DNA of 64,000 nt from Tubiluchus corallicola (Eukaryota > Animalia > Priapulida): the NCBI GenBank assembly GCA_030141605.1, contig JAQGDQ010000118.1, positions 248,001-312,000 of the forward strand. The letters run 5' to 3'. Position 1 is the stretch's first letter, and each line of letters opens with the position of its first letter. Shown piece after piece: positions 28,147-41,183 of the stretch. The translations under genes were made by a program, and so were the position numbers. The notes under the pieces are model-generated. The model was not told where the DNA came from, did not search any database, and saw only the letters and a list, made by a program, of their open reading frames with translations.

Positions 28147-29524
28147 CTCTAGACCAAATTCAGCAACCTCATCAGAAGCTAGAATGAATGCCTTGATTTT
28201 AACACAACCCGCGGGCAGTTTGTTCCAAGCAGAATGTTCATTGTACATAAGCTCTAACAAAATTCAAATTTAGAGAGAACTGGTAGGTGTCCCCATGATA
28301 CGCCTTATGTGTTAATAAGCGATGCACTATTTTCAAGACACGAGCCACAAATGAAGGAATTCAGCTTATGCAAGATTACGCAGCTTAACACATGATAGTA
28401 CAAAAGGTTACTTGCTAGCACAAGGCAAGCGTAAAGTCTTGTATTTCTTGAGTTGAAAAAATCCACCGGTTTATTCAATAATTATTTATAATTTTTTAGA
28501 GTTTGGTATGACTAAAGCTATATTAAAGACAGGCAGGTATCACTCGGTCTTAGCTATTCCGTATAAGACTCTATAACTAATTCCTTAGCGTATAACATAA
28601 ACTTCAAAAATGATAAAAGTTATGATTATATTATAACCACAACTTTTATTTGCCGACATGAAAAGCTTGAAAAGCTCAATAATTTCACTAAAACAACTGC
28701 ACTTCCACTAATCTGTAAAATGAGAAAAATTATGAATGCCGATTCAACTTCAACACCAGCATCAAGCAAAAGTTGGCCAACTTTATCGCATGCCCAAAGA
28801 AAGAGTAATCTTAACTATAAAAGACTAACATTTCGCACTTACAGTGCTTACGATCCTTTGCTTACGGTGTGAAATACATTAATCTTTTCTTCAGACGCAA
28901 TACTTATGAGGCAACAGCTAAAATCCTTCCAAAACACTGCTTTGTTTTTCTTTAAAACTACATATAGATTTCCTTAAAAAACATACAATGGCATTATTTT
29001 TAATGTCAAAAAACCCAAACAACAAGGTGGAAGTGGCTAAAAAGTTCAACAGTTACTTTTTAAATGAAATTTATAAATATTGTATTATGAACATGCATAA
29101 AATATCCTAGTTAAAAACATACTGAATTAATGATTGCCCAAACAAAAAAGTACATACATAATATACAAAAATACAAGTTTTCAAATAACAAGCTACTTTT
29201 CCGTTACAAAAAGTAATAATAAACTGACAATAGACAAATAAGGAACCTAGTTAAATCAACTAAAGTCTAAACTGTTGGATTTATAATTTATGGCATCATA
29301 AATCTATTTTGCGTCACCTTAAAGAACAATAGAGCTCCACAGTTTACGCTTGCAGCACTTTGCACCTTACCAGGGTCAACACCATACATACTGTACATAG
29401 TATTTATTTTCTTAAGGATAGGTGAAAGATGTAAGACATTTGAAATCGACGCAGCCTTCTCAAAATACGCAATTTTTAATAATGCAAAACCTTATCATTT
29501 AATTTACACAATCTTGAAAAGAGA

Positions 29525-29528
<4 letters not shown>

Positions 29529-29556
<28 letters not shown>

Positions 29557-29575
29557 GTAATAATAATAATAATAA
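29529..29575. repeat. (TAA)n microsatellite
   Basis: Direct reading. Confidence 0.95.
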
Positions 29576-30912
29576 TGTTCAGTTTATACAGTCAGTTAAT
29601 AAAACAACTTTCATTAAAAGCTTCGGTAAATAAAATGTTAGACTGATAGACTAGGCCTACACTTAAAAAACAACCTGTTTTATAGATAGAGCCTACAGAA
29701 ATTCACTAATTATATTTTTACAAGGAAGCAGAATATGTAAAAAAATTAACAGGCTTGTAAAGAAGAAAGAGATGTAGTAAACGTATAACTTGGAGTTTGC
29801 AAACAAAGTTAAAGGAATTGAACTATTTTGCACATTAAGAAAAGGCTTAATAGCAAGCATATTCATTTATAGGCCCCAGTTATTTGTAGCTTTGGTCACA
29901 ATGTTGAAATTATTAAATAAACTTAGTCTTGTGGCAGTAGCCAGAAGCACAGATATGATCAGGAATGCTAGAAATGTTGGACTTTTTATTTTCTTGTCAG
30001 TTCTAGATGAAATACCTAATTGTTCACATAATAATAATGCTTATTAACTCGGATGTTATAATATGAAACTTATACTTAATTATAATAAACGAATTGGTGC
30101 ATTTAAGGAATTTTTACACACTTCATAATAGTTTTCTCAGTTAACAACAAAACATTCAAATCTATGAGTCTGACATAAACCTTAAAACTAAAAATACTTG
30201 TAAATGATACTAGATAGGCCTAACTACAAAATCATCAGAAATGAAGATTTTTATACTCGTTGAGCACAGTAGTGTGCATTCAAGTACAACTAAGAAGTGG
30301 ACCTGCATGTGTAATATGATGACTGATGACCATGATGTTTAGGCATAAAACTTTTCACACACTTTTTGGTGTAACATAATAAAAATTTGAGAGAAACCAA
30401 ATTAATAATTAGAAGTCTGAAAATGATTATGGAATAATGGACAAATGGATTATAATAACCAATTAACTTTGAAATACTCTGAACCTAGTTAACTTACCTA
30501 GTCTGAAATGACTTATTCTAATAATACATATTGCATTGAACTAAACAGTGTTACAAACAGAAATCAGGTTCATTTTGCATACTAGTCACTAATTTTTAAA
30601 TAAAATTAGCATACTATTCACTAATATTACTATTAAGATAAATGCTTTAATGCTCATCAGTTTTAAATGTATAAACTAAAGACGAAAATTTATTACACAA
30701 CGGTTCTAATATTTTATGCGCACTGACAACCATCGCAAATACTACACGTTCACACAATGAATGAAGCTGTAGTGAAAGCAAACTTGAGCAGCAAGTAATT
30801 GCTGCCGCTTTGTTTGTGCAAAAATTTATGAATAAGAACAGCGTTCATAACAAGGAGGTCAAGATTTTCAGGCTTTACTAACATATGAAAACAATTAATA
30901 AACGTATACTAC

Positions 30913-31206
30913 CTTACAGTCCTCGTATGTCTTGAAACTAACAATTGCAAAACCATCAATTATATCCTCCTCCCATTCTGGCGTACCACCACTTTTTTTC
31001 TTCTTTTTAGGCCGAGGTCGGGGAGGTTTAGGGCTTATACGAGGTGGTGAATCATCCTCAGATTTATCCGTACCCTTATTGGAGCTCTCCCGACTAACCG
31101 GAGACAACACTATCGGAGACTTTTGCTGACCCTGCATTTTCTGTGCTCTCTCCTTGCGTTTGCTTTTCTGTTGTTGAGAATTTCGAGAGTCTTCGTCGGC
31201 TTCCAT
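30913..31206 (-). CDS. AUTS2: AUTS2/FBRSL1/tay-family gene, first coding exon (98 aa)
   Basis: MEADEDSRNS...PKPPRPRPKKKKKSGGTPEWEEDIIDGFAIVSFKTYEDCK carries the family-diagnostic basic stretch plus EEDIIDGFA motif. There is an in-frame upstream stop and a phase-0 donor AAG|gtagta. Confidence 0.9.
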
Positions 31207-31349
31207 AGAAATAACATCCACACACTACACTACTCAACAATAAAGTATATATCCCCGTATGCAGAATATATCCACAATATTTTTTACAAAATATCACTTC
31301 TGAACACTAAATAAATATCCAATAAAAAACCATTAAATGCTGAAGTAAA

Positions 31350-31430
31350 AAATCCATTATTGTTCAAATGGCGGAGAGCACCGAAGCACTCAAGCAGCTC
31401 TTCTTCCTCCGCGGTCGACCGGTTGTAATA
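31350..31430 (-). promoter_or_regulatory. Candidate promoter/TSS region of the AUTS2-family gene
   Basis: CpG-rich patch (cctccgcggtcgaccgg) and a YY1-type motif (CAAATGGCGG at 31365-31374), about 160-220 nt upstream of the ATG. Confidence 0.4.
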
Positions 31431-31911
31431 CATAGATCGTTAACTTTTTTCATCTGTCTTAAACGTTGATTCACTTTATAAGTGAAATGATGTTAAAAAC
31501 TGGCATTGGAAAAGCACAGTAACAAGTCCGTATTTTGAGAATATTGCCCTTCGTCGGATTTTAAAACGAATGTTGGCATCTGGCGAAACGATATTGAGAA
31601 CACGTGGAGCTACTTTCGTCTACTGTATTAACGCTGTACAGTATACACTGACTGAGCTCAGTCAAAAGATTGAGTTGATTGGATTTCTTGAGAGTACAGA
31701 TTCGACGAAATTTCTTTGAAAAGAAAATGTTCTTTAACTTCCACCCAAATTTTTATCATAAAGAAAAGTTGTTCAAAACATGAAAACTAATCTTTCTTAA
31801 AAAATCTCCAACAGGCGCTAGAGTCGGCAAAGATAATAATTAATTTTATAACTGTTTGTTGCTGTTACATCTTCTTATGTTTAGTAGTAGTATACCAAAT
31901 AATTAAAAAAA

Positions 31912-32190
31912 TGTCTGTTTGATTGGTTGGTGGTCTGTTTGTTTGTATGCTTGTTTGTTTGTCTGTCTAATTGGTTGGGTAGTTGGTTGGCTGACTGGTT
32001 GGTTGGTTAGTTGATTGGTTGGGTGGTTGGTTGTTTAGCTGGCTGATATTTTGGACGGTTGGTTTTGGTTAGTCAGGCGTTTGGTTGGTTGTTTGGATAG
32101 TTGATCAATTAGTTGGCCGTCTGGTTGGATGTTTGTTTTGTTGACTGGTTAGTTGCTTTTTCAGGCTTGTTCGTTTGAATGACTAGTTGA
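31912..32190. repeat. Degenerate (TTGG)n/(TTTG)n tetranucleotide tract
   Basis: Direct reading. Confidence 0.85.
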
Positions 32191-32919
32191 AAGTAAATTA
32201 TTGTTTTACTTGTCATTTGTTTGTTATTTCATTCACTTAAATATTATCGCTAATGCATCTGAAAAATCATAAAAAAATATTCATATTGTCATACATAACG
32301 ATTATTTCGTGCTTACGACTGCTTTGTTGTTAATAGCTTTTTCAGCGATTATGTATGAAAGTCATTTGAAGTTGCACTTGGGAATGCTTTGCAATTCTCG
32401 TCAGGATGAGCATGGTAACACGATACACAAGATAAGGTTCGATACGCATCATCTCCTTATCGACACTCGGTTTAGATGTACTTCTGACAAGTTGGTTCTG
32501 AGTGAAAACGACTTCAATGCCTGTAAGGGAGTCGGATAATTATTGACGCTAGGTTGCATTTTGGCGCCATCTTTGGGTAACGAAAGGAGAAGTAAAATTC
32601 TGAAATACTTTCGATAAAATTCATTTTTTTAAACATTATCTTTATGTATAATGTAACATGTCTATTAATATGACGATTTTTTTCTGCTGAATGCTCTTTT
32701 TCTGATATTTGTGCACAAATTAAGAAGGCATCTGTTCTTGGTTATGCAAAAACAAATTGCATTGTTAGTTTGTTAGAGTATTTTTAAAGTTTTAACAAGA
32801 AGAAATTTGTTATTTAGTTTTCATAGAAAAAACAGATGTGAAATGTATTTATAAGCATAACTTTTGACGTATGTGAATTTTATCGGAGCGTAGGACCTGA
32901 GCAAACTTCTCATTCAGAA

Positions 32920-33305
32920 CACTTCTTCTTCAAAATCTCATTCCACCTATTGTAGCCATTGAAGTATCAACATTTGTCAAAGCATTCCACCCACTTCTAT
33001 CTGCAGCCAACTGCGCAAGTTCTTCTACTCCTAAAGATAGATTTGGTTGAAGTTGTTGAACATCTTTATTTACCTTAGCTATGCATCTTTATTTACCTTA
33101 GCTATGCAAATTTACCAGATGATTTTTTGCAAAGTTTTAAGACTTCCTTTAAGGCGATTCTTACTGGTGCTTCATTTGGTAATCTTAGAAGATGTCCTAG
33201 CCATCTTAATCTTCGGATCTTGACTTTTGCACTCCAATAAATTTCTTCTGTTCTGGTGTATAACTCTTCATTTTGATTACGTATCTTTAAAACTTTTCTA
33301 AGAAC
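32920..33305 (-). mobile_element. 5'-truncated RTE-clade LINE remnant
   Basis: Contains NEELY...KIRRLRWLGHLLRL and LAQLAADRSGWNAL, both RTE ORF C-terminal motifs, and a short (GAA)n tail. A ~24-bp internal tandem duplication at 33062-33108 disrupts the frame. Confidence 0.85.
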
Positions 33306-34014
33306 ACCGCTTACATGTGTAAAAAATAAAAAACTTAACCGCTGTGCACTAGCGTCATCTGTTGACAACGTTTGCAAATAAAGCAGTTTACGTTTTTCAG
33401 GTTTTTGTTCTGTTGTCCTACGCTTCAACTTGTGCAACTTCTAGGTGTAGTTAAGAACACCATTCAACGCTACCATTAATACTTGCATTACGGATATGTT
33501 TTTTAATCAGAAACCGTTTATTTTTCCTTTTTGTTAATTTATGACGGTTTGCGGCAAATATATAATGATGTAATGATGTAGTAGTCTGTGCGTCAAACTT
33601 ATATAATATGCATATAAAAAGCTCAGTATTTGTTACTTTCTTAATCGTCTTTTGCTTCTTTTACTAAATAAAATCGAAAAAAGTAAAAGTAAATCGAAGT
33701 AAAAAACTACAGTACAATTCAAAACATTATTTTTGTTTCGCTAATATTTATTTTATTAAAGACCGCTGAATTGCCGTCACTATCGCATTTTAAGATGAAG
33801 TTAAGTCTTTAAGCACCAAATGAAATTAGAAACTTTTAATATAAGTTTTGAAATTCAAGAAAAAAGAATGTGATTAAAAGTGAAGTCTCCATAATATTGC
33901 ATTGATCTTTTTTACACCCTTTATAGCTGCAAATTCGCATCAGTTGCTTCATTTTCGATTTTTCTCCTTTGCCGTCACTTTTACACCGCGAAAATTTGTC
34001 TTATTGTTTCTTTT

Positions 34015-34210
34015 AGCTTCTACAACTTTGGTTTTTTGCCTCTTTGGGCTTCATGCAACCTTGGCATGTTGTTTCTGTTGGTTTCATATAACCTTGGCCT
34101 GTTGGCTTCCTGCAAAATTGACCTATTGCCTACTGTTAGCTTCATGGAATCTTGGCCTATTAGTTTCTGTTGGCTTCATGCAACTTTGAACTTTTGGTTT
34201 CTGTTAGTTT
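34015..34210. repeat. Diverged ~32-bp tandem repeat (ttggcttcatgcaaccttggcc...), about 6 units
   Basis: The gcttcatgcaac(c/t)ttg core recurs. Confidence 0.8.
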
Positions 34211-36279
34211 TAAAATTCGATATTTCAAACTTCATGGAGCACAGGAACTTTATTTATTATTTTACATTCTTGTTTTATGTTTTTTTATTTTAAAAGTTGC
34301 AACATTTAAAATTTCACTTTACATTCAGTCTGACTTGCTTAAAGTAAAAAAATTACCAAAATAAACAGCATAAAAATGCGACAAATCAGCGATTGCTGTT
34401 GACATCAAATTATAACATTAAATCATTTATTTTCATCCATATAATGTAGAAGTAATTTCTTCTTCGTCTGTTATTATAATGACAGTTTGACAATAAGTAT
34501 AATACACGTACAAACAAGTAAACAATAAATAATAACGCACGCTAGCTGTATTTTACATACGCATTATAATTATAACACACACGAATGGAAATTTATTTTA
34601 CGCAAGTACTGACATTGCACATATATGTTCTAGTATGCAGGCAACTAGACAATAAGACATCCTTTTTGAACTAATGATAAGAAGCAGATTAATTTATAAC
34701 ACAAGGTGAGTACAGACAGAACTTTAACAATCATTTTTTTATAATTTGTCAAGTGAGCCAAAGCTATTGGTAGAAGTTGATATAATGGACAGCGGGACAG
34801 GAGAGGTTTAATCCAATGAGTACATGGTAAAAATGTGGGTATAATAGAAAAATGTAGCTTTACCATCTGCTACTAAGTTAAATAGTGCCATATAATCTGA
34901 AAAATTGTCAGAAGAACTTAATGCAAGACCAACGGATAAGGTTAGGTTACGCTATGTACCACAAAGACTTCAAAAATAATTCTAAGCTGCAAAAGGATGT
35001 ACAGAAATGAAAAAATATTGTTGCGCTGCATTAAGAAAATGCACCAGAGGCCCCTAATATTTCCACAATTTTAACAACCAGCTGAATTTTGAACAAAATT
35101 TCAATTAAATGCATATGAAAAGCATATGGAAATGCATATATGAAATGCATTTGGCTTTATCACTTAATATCTTGCAGATAATCAAATGCAGTTTGAATTT
35201 TATTTTTTTCTACTCGACCGTACCATATAATTAGTTGAGATCTGTTTAATTACAATTTGTCAACATCTATGCTGAGGTATAAATTTAAGTTGTAAAACTA
35301 TATCAATCTCTTTGCATACTGGATTAACTCAAAATTATTTATATTAATTTCTTGCAAAGCAACATATTATAATTACTATTTTTATACATTAACCTTTTAA
35401 TAATTACAACTTATATTAATTGATATTTAATAGTATTATATATACATAACAATAACTAACATCCACACACATTAAATTATAGGTGACAGCAAACTTTTAT
35501 ACACACATTATTATATTTAAAGCATCTTTACTACTGGCATTAAATTTTACACTGCTGTTTTGATAAGAATAGTAAGATAATCTGGAACTTGTCTATAGTA
35601 CAGTAGCAAAGAGCCAGTAACAAATGATTGTTAACGCAATATCTTTGGTACATCATTTACTACCTACACAAAGTAAATAATAATTGTTATTTACACTGAG
35701 TTATTTACAAATCATAAGTCGTCGTTCATTGTAGGCCTAATACATTAGCTCAACACCGGTAACATGTACTTAAATTTTTATTAACTTTTTGCAGAAATGT
35801 ACCTGTTACTTTGCAACAATTATTATTTTTGTCACAGTTCTGTTTTAAATAAACTCTCAAAATTAACAACAGACAAAAATGACAAAAGAATGTTCAACAG
35901 CAATAATTACTGATCGTGATCTACCATGAATGTTCTTTCTACTGTACCACAGTGTACGGCAGGCACACAAATATTTCTACAAAGTTAGAGATAGGTACAT
36001 TATGTAAGTGGACACTAATTTACTCATATTGTGTAACGGACAATCCTAAAGTTTTGAAGTGCCTAGTTGGTTGAGAAAAAACGAGCGTTACAAAGTTTGC
36101 ACAACTGTAGTATCACTACAAAGTATTTCAATATCTTTAAGCTTGTAGAGTAATACTTTTTTGTTAAATGAGTACTGCCATTACGGAGTATTTGAACATC
36201 TTTAAACATGTAGAGTAATGATGAATACATCAGACTAGAGTGCTTGATCACATTAGGATTTTGGTAATCTCAATAATGA

Positions 36280-37217
36280 TCATTTGACACCATGATTTGG
36301 TGAAGGTGATCTTTCACGTGATTGGTCTATACCATTTACCATCTTCTCTATGCTATGGAGATCACTTGCTGGTGCCTTTGTGGTCTGAGATGTGGAAGGA
36401 GAGGCGACAGATGGTGGAGAGTGGCGAACTGGAGACGTGGGGTAAGAGTGAGATGAGACTGATGAAGAAGGTGAGGTTTGAGAAATGGTTGGGCTGTAAT
36501 TAGAAGATGGCCCCTCTCGTGTGCACATCAGTCTGTTTGACGTAGTGGCCATTGTTGTACTTGTAGTTGTCAAGAAGGGATTAAACCGGTGGGAGTGATG
36601 TCCTGAGGACAGTGCGGATTGTCCAGGTGAATGACTAGCAAGACCAGCAAATCCTTGGTGGAACAGAGGGTGGTTGGCAAGAAGCTGAGTGTTAAACAAC
36701 CCAAAGTTCATGGCTGATGTTGTAGTGTGTGGTAGCGGCATACTCAGACTAGGAGGATGCTGCGAGGACAGACTGGGAAACTGGTGAGGTAACGCATGAG
36801 ACGAGGACAAAGAATGTGATGTTGGAATCAAGAGCTGACCTAAATGAAATGGCAGTGCTGAAGACGATCCAGCAGCATAACTAGAATAAAGGTAGGGGAG
36901 AAGATGTGGATGATGAATTGGGGGTTGTATTGTCATATTTGGTGGACTTGACTGCTTGAAATACTTCAGAGGATCATCAGGAATCGTTGAAGGTCGGGAC
37001 AGCAGTTTGTCTGGATCTCTGCTCAGGTGAAGAGGAAGTCTGTGTTCTAGATCTGGATTTGGAACACTTCCTTTCAGAGGTGACTCCATGTGAAAGTTTC
37101 GTGTGAAAGCATGATGGCTGCTACCAGGATGTTCATCATCTCTCTTTTCATGTTGAAGGTTGTGTCGATTATTGTTCGTATCATCTATTGATCTGCTAGA
37201 TGTTTGTGGTTTGCTCT
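36280..37217 (-). CDS. Tbx2/3: Tbx2/3 last coding exon, Ser/Pro/His-rich C-terminal region
   Basis: Lies in the 325-aa ORF 36280..37257, with acceptor ttatttttcag at 37218-37219. Contains HRFNPF and DLHSIEKMVNGI, which resemble the RF/YSPY and ELQSIQRLVSGL motifs of TBX2/3 C-termini. Confidence 0.9.
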
Positions 37218-40200
37218 CTGAAAAATAAATTATAAGAGTAATTGATCCGTTACGCACATGTGTTTTGACTTCACCTTAATTATTTACTCCAAAAATCGTA
37301 AAGTCTGTCTTTTTATTATTTTCTTAATTTCTTCAAATGCTCACGAGGATGCGCTTCATCTTCGGCCTCGAGTAAGTGAACTATGGGCCTGAAACTCACT
37401 ATGATCAGAGTATATCATACTGGACCTCGTGCCAGAGGTCCTTTATAGTGAAACTCACCAAGGGAAACTGCACACTATACATCCCTATCACTGTTGGAAA
37501 ATCCCCTTATAAAATTAATTTCATTAGCAACAGTTTGTTGTACGAATGAATTTTAATGAGCGTCCCCCGTATGTTCAGTTTGAATGTTGAGCCATTGTAC
37601 AAAAACACAGTTTTAAAAGTTTACAAATAAGGTTTATGCAATGTATACTTAAAAATTTGCAAAGAGCTAAATCAGGCGTCAGGCTTTAGAGCGGCAGCAA
37701 TACTTAGTTTCATGATTGATTTGTCCATCGGCATCCATTTTATTTTTAATAATTAACAAGTATAAATTTATCATTAATTGTAGAGCAATTATGCAATTTA
37801 GATCCATAAATGTACGATTTTTTTTAAAAAATCGTTTTAGATGAAGGGGGAACAATAATAGTAGGTAGAATAAGACAAAGATGCTTTCAAGCTATAGCAA
37901 GAGCTTCGCGTGGCAGCCACATTATTTCCATTGCAGAGTGGCTTCCTATCCAAGCTTACAGCTGTCTCCTTCAAACAGGCTTCGCTTGCTGCCGAGTCAA
38001 TCAAAGGTCTAATTTTCGGGTTTACTCGGTTATTCCCGGGAGATGGGAAATAAATGTCACTCAAACGGATTGCTACTAATTTCATTTGAAAACAATCGGC
38101 CAACTGATGGCTGACTTGATAATCAGAAGTGCTGCTTTAGCTGTGCTGAGACGAAATTACGTTGGAGACTGATGCAAGTGAAGAGGACGTCAGCTTTGCG
38201 GGAGGATTAATAATCTTTATTGCTACTTTTGTCAGAGGAAATGGAGAGCCGAGTAGTTGAAAGTACAAGCTCAAGGGCGAAGGGAAGCAGCAACAACGAG
38301 GTTTTCTACTGAGAAAAATCATAACGATTAAACACTTAACTGCTTAAATCTTTTTTCTAAACATGTCTTTGGCAAACCTGCTACGAATATGACTACAAAT
38401 CCGCCATCGCGCATATAATTTCAGCTATAGCTTTTAACTCTAACCATTAATTTTCATTGCGGACATAAGTTCATTACCACCCTTTCATGATTCTTTGGGA
38501 TTACAAACTTTATATTGTTAGAGTAAGCAGGGTTTTTGTAGTTGAAGCTCAATTGGATTGGGTCTATTTTTCCTACTTAACGTCATTGGTGATAACCATC
38601 AGCTATGAGCGGTAATCTTAAGAAGTTTGTCAAAGGCGTCAGTCTTAATTGTAGTCAGAAGAATCGTTAATTTCGCGTTTTTCAAGCTTTCGCTTCTGTG
38701 CGGGTCTTTTCTTGGCACGAAATTAATCGTTTAAACTATTTTTGAAGCCGGTTCATCAAAACAATCGCGTCTGTTTTGACAATTTTGGCAACTAGTGAAG
38801 TTAGGTAAGTGTGAAAGAAAATAATCCCCCCGGCTATATTACTCATTCGTAAGTCTGTGCCAGATTGTTGTTTTAGCAGTCAAATTTACTGCTTATCGTG
38901 TTAAGTTCATTTACTTAAGGGATTAACTCTCAGCCTTTGTGGTCTTAGAAAATTAATAGTTGGCTGACAATTGGAATCCTCCGCGGCGACCACGTGATCA
39001 AAGCGTGTCACGTGATCGAAGGTTTTCAAACTCGGCGCTTTGAATAAAAAAAGTCCACGCCTCAGGCGTCACATTGACAACTCGCCCAGCGCATGCAATA
39101 GTAGCGAAAATTAGTTTTAGAAAATTGTCATTTGTTGGCTTACTCATAACTGCAGCTCGGAGATTTCATGAATAAGTGAGTGGATCTAATATGAGCCGCA
39201 TGATACATGTGAACGCAGGGAATTGTCTGAATGGAATTTTCCAGCCTGGTAATTGCTTATTCGGACTTTGCGTCAATTTGTCATCGTGTTTACAGACGTG
39301 ATATCAGCAAATAATACAGCGCATGGCTTCGCGCGCGCAGTGCCATAATTCACAACTTGAATCACCCGGGGAGAAAATATGGTAATTTCAACAAGAAAAT
39401 GGCGCCAAAGTCTACACAGTCTTACAGAGAACAATTCCAATTCCCAAATGGTTCTAGATTTTTCTTTAACATTATCTGCAATTGGGCAACTTTTCGCTCG
39501 CACAAGGCCTGCAGCTAATAAAGTCATTTTAATGGCTTGGGACATAAATTTGCGGTAGTTGAAATAGGCTTTCCAGAACTGGAGGAGGGAAGGCTTCCAT
39601 GTAAATTAACTCTCTAGCGCCTTGCTAATCAAAGATACTTAGTGACTATTGCCTTAGCCACTTTGGCCCATCTGTCTATACTATAAATACTTTTCCCGCA
39701 TGGAGCTAGAAGCCCCCTCGATCGAAATTTTTTATTGTCAGCACAGAAACTTTTCTCCATTTTGCACTTAATGGCACATAAATAACATATAAATTACATT
39801 TGGTGCTAAAATTTAGTGCATGACAAAGCTGTGTTGTAGAGTACCCGTCGCCTCACATTTTGAGGTATACATGGAGCTGGTTCATAACTTTCGGGGAGTT
39901 TTCTGCTTTGTTATCTAAAGATACACCGGTAATTTTTCTCCGTCTTTAGCCCCACCTCTGCAAAATTCTGGATATTACTTTTTTTCGTTCCAACTTCCAT
40001 GCCTATTTAAAATTCAAAATGGTTTTTATAATAGTAGATACGCACCACAGATTTTTTATTTAATATTTCAACCAGTTTTTGACAATGCCCAGGCGAAATA
40101 GGCTTGTCAGCATTACGGTGTTAAAGTCAAATTCAAAAAGCCACGCCTCATAAATTTAGTGCCGCCTTGCAACTCCCGTTCTCCATAATATTCATATATT

Positions 40201-41183
40201 ACCCACCCACCCACCAATTACCCCTAATGCGCACATTTTCCACGTGGTTTTCAATGTTTGACAAGCTTAGCAAATCCCTATCACAGCAAGACACACGGCT
40301 CACGTTTTTACACATTTGGCCCAAATGACAGCTACAAATACCTTTCCGTGTTGAGATAGGCGATTTGTCATCTGGGGTTCTTAATTTTCTTTACATTTTA
40401 TCAGTAAGGTTATATAGCAAGCTGATTGACAGTTTTTAGATTATTAAGAAAACGATACGATAATGAGGTCGGAGTAAACAAAGCCATCTTTTTGAGGCTG
40501 CCGAATTGTTGACTCACAGATTCGTCAGACTTTGTACTAGAAAGATGCTCTTTGCACTGTGACGTGTAGATGGTAAAAAACTGAACACGATGGAGTTAAC
40601 ATTGAGTCTGTAGTAACCAGCATTAGCGTTACAGGATTCTTTTAATAAGCGAATCAGTTTGATATTTGGATAGGAAGTACTGTCAGAGCGGCAGAAGTTC
40701 ACAAATACTAATTAGTTGGTGCTATAAGCTTAGGCTCGCACAGCGGTTAGCGATCACCTATTCGTATCTAAGTTAATATAAGCACTGATTAGCTTTTCTT
40801 GTTGCATAGTTATGCATGGACCAAGACCTGCCTTGTTCAAGTGTAGAATGACTTGCAATAATGAAAAAAAGTAGTCAGTGTTGCTTTGGTAATAACACCA
40901 AACCGCTGTACTTTTGGAAGAACGTGCTACTGTTTGTCTTTGCTACACCCCCCCCCGCCCAACCCCCACCTTGTCAACAACAGAGTGTCTACTGGTCACC
41001 TATAAAAACGTACATAAACTTCTGCAATGTTAAGGATCAAAAATTCATTTAGAGCGTCAGCTTAATTACCATGTAGTGTTTTAGTAATTCTTTTAAGTAG
41101 TCACAGCAAAATCACAGTAGTTTTTCTCGTTTTACCTTTTAATTCAGAAGTGCTGTTTGATGGGATTTCAGCATGGAACATAC

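Noticed and set aside
30492-30505. AG|GTAAGT recursive-splice-like sites (also 25071-25072)
   Set aside because: Flanking signals are weak or ambiguous and are expected by chance in a 24-kb AT-rich intron.
32370-32410. Hammerhead-like CTGACGA plus stem on the minus strand (also 62690-62720)
   Set aside because: The required GAAA after stem II is absent.
40518-40536. 19-nt exon-like segment in the last Tbx2/3 intron
   Set aside because: It would shift the frame and is not needed for phase continuity.
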